Source: Streptomycetaceae bacterium (lineage in GTDB: Bacteria > Actinomycetota > Actinomycetes > Nanopelagicales > Nanopelagicaceae). Taken from it: a DNA stretch of 44,242 nucleotides. A model generated the notes under the pieces. It was given only the letters and a program-made list of their open reading frames with translations, searched no databases and was not told the origin of the DNA. This document shows positions 11,528 through 20,378 of the stretch, in pieces. Position 1 is the first letter of the stretch. The number at the start of each line of letters is the position of its first letter. A program made the position numbers and the translations under genes. The stretch lies in assembly GCA_027486075.1 (NCBI GenBank), contig JAIXPU010000116.1, positions 1 to 44,242 on the forward strand, given 5' to 3'.

Positions 11528-12710
11528 AGCCTTCGCTCTTGCAACTATTTTAATTGCCTCATCCCTTTCTCCTGCTCGCGCTGAAGCCCCTGCCTCATTC
11601 TCATTTACTGGATCTGGCTATGGACATGGCGTTGGAATGAGCCAAATAGGTGCCAAGGTGCGCGCACTCTCTGGTGAAAGCGCAACAGCTATCTTGAATT
11701 ACTACTACAAAGATGTCGTCATTGCGCCGATAGTTGATACACATACAGTGCGCGTCAATCTTGCACATGCTGTTCGCGCCGCCTCATTTGTTACCGCCGC
11801 TCCAGAATCAACTATTGATATCTTTTCTGGTGATATTGGCGTTAGCCAAGATGTCTTACCAGTTGCAACCTTACAAAACCGTCAAAAAGCAACCTTTCGA
11901 GTTCAGGCAGGTTTAGCGACTTTCGGTGCGCTATCTGGAACTGCATTTACCATTCGCTGGAAAGGGCCAGGCGCTGTGATCACAGTGGGCCATCCGGGCG
12001 AAACAGCGCGATATCGATATGGCCAGATTCAGATAAAGATTGTTAAAGGAGCGATGGAAGTTACCAACTCTTTAAGTATGCATGATGAATATCTACTTGG
12101 AATTAGTGAGGTGCCATCGAGTTGGCCGATGGCAGCACTTGAAGCGCAAGCAATTGCTTCTCGTTCTTTTGCGCTCTCAAAGTTAGGTCCTATAAGAACC
12201 ACATGCGATTGCCACGTTTATGACCATATTTCTGACCAGAACTTTGTCGGCTACTCAAAGGAGATAGAACCGCGCTTTGGTAAGTTTTGGCGAGCTGCTG
12301 TGATTAATACCCACATCGATTCATCAACAAGTTTGGCGATCCTGGCAGGCGGCAAACCGGTGCAGGCCTATTACTTCTCCTCTTCTGGTGGAGCAACGCA
12401 GACAACGAGAGATGCTTGGGGCCAAGCGACCAGCTATACGCAATCGGTGCCAGATCCAGGCAGTCTGGATATTAAACATAATCCACGTTTTGTCAGCTGG
12501 AAGGCGAGTGCCACTCAGGCAATCGTTGCAACAGCATTTCTACTTCCAGATGTTGTTGCGCTAGAAATAATCTCGCGAAACTCTTCAGGAGCTGTAACCA
12601 GCATTAAGGGTATTGCCAGCGATGGTTCTTACAAGATCTTGCGTGGGGATACCTTTAGAAGTCGCGCCAAAATTCCATCGCCTTACTTCTCGCTAGCGGT
12701 GCCCGCGTAA
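11514..12710 (+). CDS. SpoIID/LytB domain secreted protein (putative peptidoglycan lytic enzyme)
   Basis: Signal peptide from ATG 11514 (ARA|E), GYGHGVGMSQ, EYLLGISEVP, ALEAQAIASRS, YFSSSGG. Confidence 0.85.
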   Translation: MRTFKAFALATILIASSLSPARAEAPASFSFTGSGYGHGVGMSQIGAKVRALSGESATAILNYYYKDVVIAPIVDTHTVRVNLAHAVRAASFVTAAPESTIDIFSGDIGVSQDVLPVATLQNRQKATFRVQAGLATFGALSGTAFTIRWKGPGAVITVGHPGETARYRYGQIQIKIVKGAMEVTNSLSMHDEYLLGISEVPSSWPMAALEAQAIASRSFALSKLGPIRTTCDCHVYDHISDQNFVGYSKEIEPRFGKFWRAAVINTHIDSSTSLAILAGGKPVQAYYFSSSGGATQTTRDAWGQATSYTQSVPDPGSLDIKHNPRFVSWKASATQAIVATAFLLPDVVALEIISRNSSGAVTSIKGIASDGSYKILRGDTFRSRAKIPSPYFSLAVPA

Positions 12711-12722
12711 TTAACTGTCTAC

Positions 12723-13640
12723 TTAATTGGCATGCAGAACTGAATTGAGCCCGCCCCATGTGCCGGTGCGCAAGACAACTTCAAGTCCGCCCGTCAATGA
12801 GTTGCGGCGAAAGAGAAGGTTGTGAGCGCCCGATAACGTTCCGGCTTTTACAACTTCACCATCAGGAAGAGTTACCTTTGCAGCTGCTGTGATGTATGTG
12901 CCTGCTTCAATCACGCAGTTATCACCGAGTGAGATTCCAAGACCAGAGTTTGCTCCAAGCAGACACTTTTCTCCGACAGAGATGACTTCTTTTCCGCCAC
13001 CGCTAAGGGTGCCCATGATTGATGCGCCACCGCCTACATCTGAGCCATCTCCTACGACAACACCGGCAGAGATTCGACCTTCCACCATTGAAGTACCGAG
13101 CGTTCCAGCGTTGAAATTTACAAATCCTTCGTGCATGACGGTAGTTCCAGATGCAAGATGTGCTCCCAGTCTTACGCGATCAGCATCTGCAATGCGCACT
13201 CCAGCTGGTGACACATAATCAACCATGCGTGGGAACTTATCGATTGCAAAGACCGTGACGTGGCCATCGCGTGCGCGTAGCCCTGCGCGTACCTTTTCAA
13301 AACCATCTACTGCACAAGGCCCAGATGAGGTCCATACAACATTTGCCAGCAACCCAAAGATTCCTTCAAGAGACTGCCCATGTGGTTTTACGAGGCGGTG
13401 CGAGAGTAGATGCAATCTGAGATAGACATCTTTAGCATCTTGAGGTGCCGCGGATAAGTCGATCTCAATAGAAACTAATTCACGAGTAATCCCGCGCACT
13501 TCATCTCTTCCGACAAGCGCTGTCAGAGTTGCATCAGGTGCGCCCTGCAGAGGCCCCAGTGCTGGAGCTGGGTACCAAACATCAAGCACGGTAGTTCCAG
13601 CGATAGTTGCAATTCCATGGCCATGAGCGAGAGACGACAT
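12723..13640 (-). CDS. dapD: Tetrahydrodipicolinate N-succinyltransferase (actinobacterial type)
   Basis: [42 protein letters not shown]. Confidence 0.94.
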   Translation of the reverse strand: MSSLAHGHGIATIAGTTVLDVWYPAPALGPLQGAPDATLTALVGRDEVRGITRELVSIEIDLSAAPQDAKDVYLRLHLLSHRLVKPHGQSLEGIFGLLANVVWTSSGPCAVDGFEKVRAGLRARDGHVTVFAIDKFPRMVDYVSPAGVRIADADRVRLGAHLASGTTVMHEGFVNFNAGTLGTSMVEGRISAGVVVGDGSDVGGGASIMGTLSGGGKEVISVGEKCLLGANSGLGISLGDNCVIEAGTYITAAAKVTLPDGEVVKAGTLSGAHNLLFRRNSLTGGLEVVLRTGTWGGLNSVLHAN

Positions 13641-13670
13641 GCGCTAAGCCTAACCCCTATCCTGTCCCTC

Positions 13671-14207
13671 ATGCGTATTGCAGTCTTCTGTTCGTCATCG
13701 CCAACCATCGACTCTAAATTTATCGACTTGGCATTTGAACTCGGCGCCGAGATTGCATCTCAGGGCTCCGAATTAGTTTCAGGTGGTGGACATATCTCAG
13801 CGATGGGAGCAATTTCTCGGGGCGCTCGCAGCAAAGGTGGAAAGACGATCGGAATCATTCCGCAGAAGTTGGTGGATATTGAATTTGCAGATCACGATAG
13901 CGATGAACTCATTGTCGTCGACTCGATGCGTACACGTAAGGCGAAAATCGAAGATTTAGCTGATGCCTTTATTACCTTGCCTGGTGGACTTGGGACTCTC
14001 GAAGAGCTCTTTGAAATCTGGGTTGGGCGTTACTTGGGGTTTCACAAAAAGCCAGTCATCATTCTCGACCCACATGGAATCTATGAACCACTTCATGCGC
14101 TGGTCGAGCATTTAGAGACACATAATTTTGTGAAGCCAGGTATGCGCGATTTAATTTATTGGGCAACTTCTACAGAAGATGCAGTTGCTAAAGCTTTTGG
14201 AAGGTAG
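13671..14207 (+). CDS. LOG family (TIGR00730-like) phosphoribohydrolase
   Basis: RIAVFCSS, MRTRK, LPGGLGTLEELFE, HKKP. ATG 13671 chosen because the upstream extension overlaps dapD. Confidence 0.9.
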   Translation: MRIAVFCSSSPTIDSKFIDLAFELGAEIASQGSELVSGGGHISAMGAISRGARSKGGKTIGIIPQKLVDIEFADHDSDELIVVDSMRTRKAKIEDLADAFITLPGGLGTLEELFEIWVGRYLGFHKKPVIILDPHGIYEPLHALVEHLETHNFVKPGMRDLIYWATSTEDAVAKAFGR

Positions 14208-14210
14208 TAA

Positions 14211-14657
14211 ATGACACCTAACACCCTGCGCATCTCATTTACAGTAAATGCTCCATGCGAACGAGTGTGGGAAGAGATTGCAGATTGGCCCTCGCAGGGT
14301 GACTGGATGTTGCAGACAAAAGTGTGGGTAACGAGCGATCAGCGTGAAGGAGTTGGAACTTCTATCGCAGCATTTACTGGACCGCTGCACTTTATCTACC
14401 CTCGATTTAAATCTCTTGGCTTACTTGATCTCATGACAGTTACACAGTGGCAACCGCCCCATCGCTGCGATGTTGAGCATGTCGGTAAAATTCTCAAAGG
14501 TAGCGGCAGCTTTCTGCTGACTCCGCTCTCAGCTACCAAAACACGTTTTGACTGGTCAGAGACTGTGATTGCTCCTCGAGCGCTCTTTCTCTTGGGTGCG
14601 CCATTCCTTTATGCGGGCGTACGTATCTCTCTTGCTCGATTTGCTCGACTATTTTAA
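14211..14657 (+). CDS. SRPBCC/START-like protein
   Basis: VNAPCERVWEEIADW, VTQWQPP, TRFDWSE pattern. Confidence 0.75.
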   Translation: MTPNTLRISFTVNAPCERVWEEIADWPSQGDWMLQTKVWVTSDQREGVGTSIAAFTGPLHFIYPRFKSLGLLDLMTVTQWQPPHRCDVEHVGKILKGSGSFLLTPLSATKTRFDWSETVIAPRALFLLGAPFLYAGVRISLARFARLF

Positions 14658-14682
14658 TTGTCGAGCGAGTAACCTTGATTCT

Positions 14683-14874
14683 GTGAGCAACCAAGAGACC
14701 ATCGCGCAGTTGCTTGCATCTTTGCCAGAAGAAGAGCGCATCATCTTGACGTTGCACTATTTGCGAGGCAAATCAAGTGGCGATATTGCAATCCTGCTGC
14801 AGGTCCCTGAACGCGCTGTAATTGCCGTCATATCATCAGGAAAATCCCGCCTAAAGGGCCATCTCGGAATCTAG
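14683..14874 (+). CDS. Stand-alone sigma-70 region 4 (HTH) miniprotein, 63 aa
   Basis: LASLPEEERIILTLHYLRGKSSGDIAILLQVPERAV...KSRLK fits the sigma-4 pattern. GTG 14683 lies 7 nt after TAACCT. Confidence 0.72.
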   Translation: MSNQETIAQLLASLPEEERIILTLHYLRGKSSGDIAILLQVPERAVIAVISSGKSRLKGHLGI

Positions 14875-15005
14875 AGAAAGCGCCCTCGCTACCCTGATTG
14901 GCCCCTTTGGCTCGATTTCACCCGCACCCGATTCTGCGAGATACTTCTCCCTGCACTACTCGACCTCACGGTCCCCGGCAGTTTCGACAACAAGGAGTCC
15001 CCACC

Positions 15006-15185
15006 ATGGCAGCTATGAAACCCCGTACAGGTGATGGACCAATGGAAGTTACAAAGGAAGCCCGCTCGTTGGTGATGCGTATTCCACTCGAGGGTGGTGG
15101 CCGTCTCGTAGTTGAGCTCAACCCTCAGGAAGCAAATAATCTCAGCGCAGCCCTTGAGGCCGCTGTAGCGCTCATCAAAAAGTAG
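15006..15185 (+). CDS. DUF3117 family small actinobacterial protein
   Basis: MAAMKPRTGDGPMEVTKEARSLVMRIPLEGGGRLVVEL; SD AAGGAG at 14992-14997. Confidence 0.9.
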   Translation: MAAMKPRTGDGPMEVTKEARSLVMRIPLEGGGRLVVELNPQEANNLSAALEAAVALIKK

Positions 15186-15199
15186 AGTGGGATAAAAAG

Positions 15200-16681
15200 A
15201 TTCTTGCAGTAGTTGCGCCAGAAATTGATTCAATTGTTGGCGCCGATATTTTGGCTCTTGGCTTTACCAAAAATAGCGATGAGAAATTTGAATTTACAGC
15301 CGATGCTCGGCTGATTGCCAAACTTGAGAAATACTTTGAAGTCAGCCTTCTCGACGAGATTAACTTCTTCGATGCCTCCGGAAAAGCCGGCGAGCTCTTT
15401 GAAATTCCAGTAGCCCATGAAGATACAGCAATTGATCGTATCTTTCTCATTGGCGTGGGGGATAACTCTTTAACATCTCTTCGCACAGCAGGTGCTGCCC
15501 TTGGCAAGAAAGTGCGAGGTAAGGCTCTCTCGCTCGTCTCACTCTGTGCGCAGAGCGCAGCTGAGATTAAAGCCCATGGAGTTTCATTGACACTCGGTGC
15601 TTATCAATGGAGTTTGAAGACCGGAAAGACTCCTGAGATCCCACAATTCTTAATCGCCACAAAAGATGTAGCTCCTGTCAGCGCGGCACTCACAATTGCG
15701 CGCGCGCTCTATACCGCTCGCGATTTAATACTTACTCCATCAAATATCAAGAACCCACTGTGGATGGCGCAAGAGGCGCAAACAATCGCCAACCAGGAAG
15801 GGTTATCGATTCGCATCCTGGCAGGAAAAGAGCTCGCTAAGTTCGGCGGTCTGCGCGCAGTCGGTAACTCATCTCCCAAACCGGGACCTCGTTTCATCGA
15901 GATTACATATATTCCGCGAGGAAAGACAAAGTTAGCTGCTGCTCTGCCACATGTTGTCATCGTTGGAAAAGGAATTACATTTGATACAGGTGGCGTCTCA
16001 CTCAAGCGACCATATGAATTTATGACCGCTATGAAGAGCGATATGGCAGGAGCAGCTGCAGCGCTTGCAACACTAAGTGCACTTCCTGACTTGCAGCCGC
16101 AGGTGAAGGTAACAGCGCTATTAATGTGTGCTGAGAATGCACTTTCTGGGACTGCCCAACGCCCATCCGATGTGATTACTCAATACGACGGAACCACCGT
16201 TGAAATCATTAATACCGATGCTGAAGGTCGCTTAGTACTTGCGGATGGATTGGGTTACGCCCTTGAAAATCTTGATCCAGATTATTTGATTGATATTGCA
16301 ACTCTGACTGGATCGGCCACCTTAGGTTTAGGGCGACAGTATGCGGCGATGTATACCCGCGATGAAAAGTTAGCGCGTGAATTAGTTGCTATTGGCGAAC
16401 AGAGCGGTGAACGCGTCTGGCATATGCCCCTAATTGATGACTATCGAGATTCACTAAATAGCGATGTTGCAGATCTCAATCATGCAGCGGATAAGGGTGA
16501 CTATTCAGCAGGTTCAGTGACGGCAGCCCTTTATCTTGAGCACTTCGTTGGCGATGCGCGTTGGGTACACCTTGATATTGCAGGTCCAGCTCGCAGCGAA
16601 TCTGACTCTGGTGAAAATGTGAAAGGCGGCACAGGTTTCGGCGTGCGCTTCCTGCTTGATTGGATAGTGTCTCTCTCGTGA
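15200..16681 (+). CDS. pepA: M17 leucyl aminopeptidase (start uncertain: ATT 15200 or TTG 15251)
   Basis: VGKGITFDTGG, MKSDMAG, NTDAEGRLVLAD, DIATLTG, WVHLDIAG. Confidence 0.92.
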   Translation: MLAVVAPEIDSIVGADILALGFTKNSDEKFEFTADARLIAKLEKYFEVSLLDEINFFDASGKAGELFEIPVAHEDTAIDRIFLIGVGDNSLTSLRTAGAALGKKVRGKALSLVSLCAQSAAEIKAHGVSLTLGAYQWSLKTGKTPEIPQFLIATKDVAPVSAALTIARALYTARDLILTPSNIKNPLWMAQEAQTIANQEGLSIRILAGKELAKFGGLRAVGNSSPKPGPRFIEITYIPRGKTKLAAALPHVVIVGKGITFDTGGVSLKRPYEFMTAMKSDMAGAAAALATLSALPDLQPQVKVTALLMCAENALSGTAQRPSDVITQYDGTTVEIINTDAEGRLVLADGLGYALENLDPDYLIDIATLTGSATLGLGRQYAAMYTRDEKLARELVAIGEQSGERVWHMPLIDDYRDSLNSDVADLNHAADKGDYSAGSVTAALYLEHFVGDARWVHLDIAGPARSESDSGENVKGGTGFGVRFLLDWIVSLS

Positions 16682-17304
16682 ACATCAACCCGCATGATTA
16701 TGCCGAAGGCTTTATCACTGAAGATTCCATCAAGGCGGCAGCGCGTGCGCGCGGAGTTGAAATCGGAACGAACGATGTTTCGCCAGGAACAGGTGCCTAC
16801 CTAAGACACCTGGCGCAACTATTGAGCGCACAATCTGTCGTTGAAATTGGAACAGGTTCAGGCGTTGGTTCACTCTGGCTGCTTGAAGGAATGATTAAGA
16901 GTGGAACGCTCACATCAATCGATGATGAGATGGAGCATTCCAGTATCGCAAAGCTGGCGCTTGCTGAAGCAGATATCGCAGCTCCGCGCTTTCGTCTCAT
17001 CACCAATTCAGTGATGGATGTCATGACCAAACTGGCTGACCGTGCCTATGACTTGGTGGTCTTTCGCCACAATCCAGAAGATCTTAACTTTGCTATCTCT
17101 GAAGCTCATCGTGTTCTACGAAGTGGTGGCGTCTTTGTTATCGATAACTTCTTCGGGGGAGCAAAGGTGCCAGATCCAGCGCAGAGAGATCCCAAGACAA
17201 TTGCGCTACGCGAAGCGGGTAAAGCAATCAAAGCAGATTCAGAATCTTGGATGAGCGTTCTCATTACAACCGGCGATGGTTTATTGCTCGCAACAAAACT
17301 CTAG
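16678..17304 (+). CDS. SAM-dependent O-methyltransferase (Rv1220c-like)
   Basis: VVEIGTGSGVGSLWL, LTSID, LRSGGVFVIDN, GDGLL; GTGA overlap with the pepA stop. Confidence 0.87.
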   Translation: MNINPHDYAEGFITEDSIKAAARARGVEIGTNDVSPGTGAYLRHLAQLLSAQSVVEIGTGSGVGSLWLLEGMIKSGTLTSIDDEMEHSSIAKLALAEADIAAPRFRLITNSVMDVMTKLADRAYDLVVFRHNPEDLNFAISEAHRVLRSGGVFVIDNFFGGAKVPDPAQRDPKTIALREAGKAIKADSESWMSVLITTGDGLLLATKL

Positions 17305-17324
17305 AGAAAGCACAATCGATCCAG

Positions 17325-18461
17325 ATGAGTAATTGGAATGAGAATGGCCATCGCAACGATGGACCTTGGTGGGTTGCACCAAGTCAGAGCGGATTAGGTC
17401 GCTCTATCTCACTTCGCACTGCAATCCTGATTGCACTTGTTGTTGGAGTCGTAGGCGGAGCATTCGGCGCTTCCTCATCAGGTTCGCTCTTTGGTCGTTC
17501 CGTTAATTTGGTCAAGACAACTTCAGCGATTGAAAGACCAGCAGGATCGGTTGCTGAAATTGCGCAGAGAGTTCTTCCATCAGTTGTCTCGATTGAGGCT
17601 CAATCAGGCAGAGGCGGCTCAACTGGTTCAGGATTTATCATTGATAGCCGTGGTTACATTCTGACCAATAACCATGTGATTGCATCCTCGGCCATGAGCG
17701 GTGGCGATATCAGAGTTCGCCTCAGCGATGGATTTTCGTATGATGCCAAGGTAATTGGTCGCGATAGCTCTTACGATTTAGCCGTCATTAAAATCGTGGC
17801 ACCTAATCTCAAGGCTCTGCAATTTGGAGATAGCGACGAAGTTGCAGTCGGTGATTCTGTAATTGCGATTGGGTCACCACTTGGCTTATCAGGAACAGTA
17901 ACGCTTGGAATTATTAGCGCGAAAGATCGCGCCGTCACTGCAGGAGGAGATGATGCCGAGAGCGCCTTTATCAACGCGCTCCAAACTGATGCAGCAATCA
18001 ATCCTGGAAACTCAGGGGGGCCACTTGTAAATTCAACAGGCGCTGTCATTGGAATTAACTCAGCGATTGCTTCCCTTGGTACATCCTTTAGCGGGCAATC
18101 AGGTTCTATCGGCCTTGGTTTTGCAATACCGATAAACCAAGCGCGCAAGACGGCAGATCAATTGATTAAGACTGGCAAGGCAACATATCCGGTCATGGGT
18201 ATCTCAGTTGATATGAATTACTCCGGTGATGGAGCGATGATTGCTAAGACTGGTGTAGCTATCGTCCCGGGTGGTGCTGCGGCAAAGGCGGGCTTGAAGT
18301 CCGGCGACATCATCACTGAAATTGATGGTCGCGCAATCACATCTTCGGATGAGCTGATTGTTGCTATTCGCTCACATAACGTTGGCGAGAAAATTGAAGT
18401 TACCTATAAACGGAACGGTGCTAGCAAGACCGTAACCCTGACTCTGTCGGCATCGAAGTAG
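17325..18461 (+). CDS. htrA: HtrA/DegP serine protease with PDZ domain
   Basis: TM anchor, TNNHV, DLAVIK, QTDAAINPGNSGGPL, GLGFAIP, C-terminal PDZ. Confidence 0.94.
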   Translation: MSNWNENGHRNDGPWWVAPSQSGLGRSISLRTAILIALVVGVVGGAFGASSSGSLFGRSVNLVKTTSAIERPAGSVAEIAQRVLPSVVSIEAQSGRGGSTGSGFIIDSRGYILTNNHVIASSAMSGGDIRVRLSDGFSYDAKVIGRDSSYDLAVIKIVAPNLKALQFGDSDEVAVGDSVIAIGSPLGLSGTVTLGIISAKDRAVTAGGDDAESAFINALQTDAAINPGNSGGPLVNSTGAVIGINSAIASLGTSFSGQSGSIGLGFAIPINQARKTADQLIKTGKATYPVMGISVDMNYSGDGAMIAKTGVAIVPGGAAAKAGLKSGDIITEIDGRAITSSDELIVAIRSHNVGEKIEVTYKRNGASKTVTLTLSASK

Positions 18462-18481
18462 TCGAGTAAGGTAGAGCCACT

Positions 18482-18796
18482 ATGTTCTTTGATTTTGGTG
18501 CAGGCGAACTCATTGGTTTGGCGATTCTTGCCATGGTGCTCGTGGGTCCTGAGCGCCTTCCTCGCCTCGCAGTTGATGCGGCAAAATTTGTGAAGAAGGC
18601 GCGTAGCTTTGCATCCAGTGCGACAAATGAGCTCAAGGCAAACCTTGGTCCGGGCTTTGAAGATCTTGATGCCACCGATCTCAATCCTAAGAACTTCATC
18701 AAGAAGCAAATTGGTAACGTCCTCGACGAGGATGACTCAAAATCCACGAAGTATCCGGCTGCCTTCGCCTATGCAATAGATCCTGATCTGCTATGA
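18482..18796 (+). CDS. tatB: Twin-arginine translocase subunit TatB
   Basis: FDFGAGEL...LVGPERLP; lies between htrA and mrp as in other actinobacteria. Confidence 0.88.
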   Translation: MFFDFGAGELIGLAILAMVLVGPERLPRLAVDAAKFVKKARSFASSATNELKANLGPGFEDLDATDLNPKNFIKKQIGNVLDEDDSKSTKYPAAFAYAIDPDLL

Positions 18797-19911
18797 CAAC
18801 ACTAGATTTAGTGAACGCAGCTCTTGCTACAGTGCAAGACCCGGAACTTCACCGTGCGCTTCCTGAACTCGGCATGGTCAGATCTGTCACCATTAATGGC
18901 GATGTTGCCGAGTTAGAAATCTTGCTCACCATCGCCGGTTGCCCCATGCGCGATCGATTGACGCGCGATATTGAAGCTGCAGTGACTGCTGTAGATGGCA
19001 TTGCCCGCGCAGAAATTACCTTTGGCGTCATGGATGAAGAGCAGCGCGCAAACATTAAGAAGTTGCTCCGTAATGGCCGTGAAAGCTTTATCTCATTTGC
19101 TCAGAAGGATTCACTGACGCGAGTCATCGGCGTTGCATCTGGCAAAGGTGGAGTCGGAAAGTCTTCACTGACTGCAAACCTAGCTGTGGCATCGGCGCAG
19201 CGTGGATTGCGCGTTGGCATCTTGGATGCAGATGTGTATGGGCACTCGATCCCTCGCTTGATGGGGTTGATTGGCCAGCGCCCTACTGCAATTGATCAGA
19301 TGTTTATTCCCCTTGAATCCTATGGAGTCAAAGTTGTCTCGATGGAGATGTTTAAGCCCGAACGCAGCGATGCCATCGCCTATCGCGGACCACTGCTGCA
19401 CCGCGTCCTTGAACAACTTCTCTCTGATGCATACTGGGGAGATTTAGATCTTCTCTATATTGATCTTCCACCTGGCACTGGAGATTTAGCAATCTCACTT
19501 GGACAGCTAGTGCCATCATCTGAAATTCTCGTTGTGACAACGCCACAAATTGCTGCAGCTGAGGTCGCAGAACGTGCCGGAAGAATTGCACATCAAATTC
19601 ATCAGAGAGTTATTGGCGTTATTGAAAATATGTCAGCTTATCCATGCGCTAAATGTGGCGAACTCACCTCACTCTTTGGCGAAGGTGGGGGTGAAGAGAC
19701 CTCTAAGCGACTCTCTCAATTAATCGGTGGAGATGTTCCACTTCTAGGAAAGATTCCATTTAGTCCAGATCTACGTGAGGGCGGAGACGCTGGTGCACCC
19801 GTTGTGATTTCGGCGCCACATAGTCCAAGTGCTCAAGCTATCGATGAAATCATTGCCAAACTTATTGTGCGTGAAAAATCCCTACTTGGAGTCCGACTCG
19901 GGCTTGCGTAG
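18793..19911 (+). CDS. mrp: Mrp/ApbC Fe-S cluster carrier ATPase
   Basis: VQDPEL, GCP, ASGKGGVGKSS, DADVYG, DLPPGTGD, ENMS..CAKCG. Confidence 0.93.
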   Translation: MTTLDLVNAALATVQDPELHRALPELGMVRSVTINGDVAELEILLTIAGCPMRDRLTRDIEAAVTAVDGIARAEITFGVMDEEQRANIKKLLRNGRESFISFAQKDSLTRVIGVASGKGGVGKSSLTANLAVASAQRGLRVGILDADVYGHSIPRLMGLIGQRPTAIDQMFIPLESYGVKVVSMEMFKPERSDAIAYRGPLLHRVLEQLLSDAYWGDLDLLYIDLPPGTGDLAISLGQLVPSSEILVVTTPQIAAAEVAERAGRIAHQIHQRVIGVIENMSAYPCAKCGELTSLFGEGGGEETSKRLSQLIGGDVPLLGKIPFSPDLREGGDAGAPVVISAPHSPSAQAIDEIIAKLIVREKSLLGVRLGLA

Positions 19912-20376
19912 CTCTTCGACAATCTCTTTGGCGATATCGCCGAGTTCATTTCGCAAGTAATCACGTGTTGCCACTTCCCCTAGTGCGATACGCAAGCTCG
20001 CTAGCTCGCGAGTCAGATACTCAGTGTCAGCGATGTTGCGCGCATTCTGTGCACGATCTTCATTAAGCGCAATACGATCTCGATCTGCTTGACGATTCTG
20101 GGCCAAGAGAATGAGCGGCGCTGCATATGAAGCCTGTAGTGAAAGGATGAGTGTTAAGAAGATAAATGGAAACTCGTCATATCTAAGTCCTTCAGGACCA
20201 AAGGTATTCCAAAGAACCCAACTCAAGACAAATGCGCTCATGTAGACAAGAAAGCGCGCAGTTCCTAAGGCGCGTGCAAAACGTTCAGAGAGGCGACCGA
20301 AGGTCTCTGGATCAATGTTGCCGCGGAGTGAGCGACGAGTCTCTCTTGGCGTGTCTAGTCGATAGCTGCGAGCCAT
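19882..20376 (-). CDS. DUF1003 family membrane protein
   Basis: PFIFLTLILSLQASYAAPLILLAQNRQ. Confidence 0.9.
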   Translation of the reverse strand: MARSYRLDTPRETRRSLRGNIDPETFGRLSERFARALGTARFLVYMSAFVLSWVLWNTFGPEGLRYDEFPFIFLTLILSLQASYAAPLILLAQNRQADRDRIALNEDRAQNARNIADTEYLTRELASLRIALGEVATRDYLRNELGDIAKEIVEELRKPESDSK

Positions 20377-20378
20377 GG

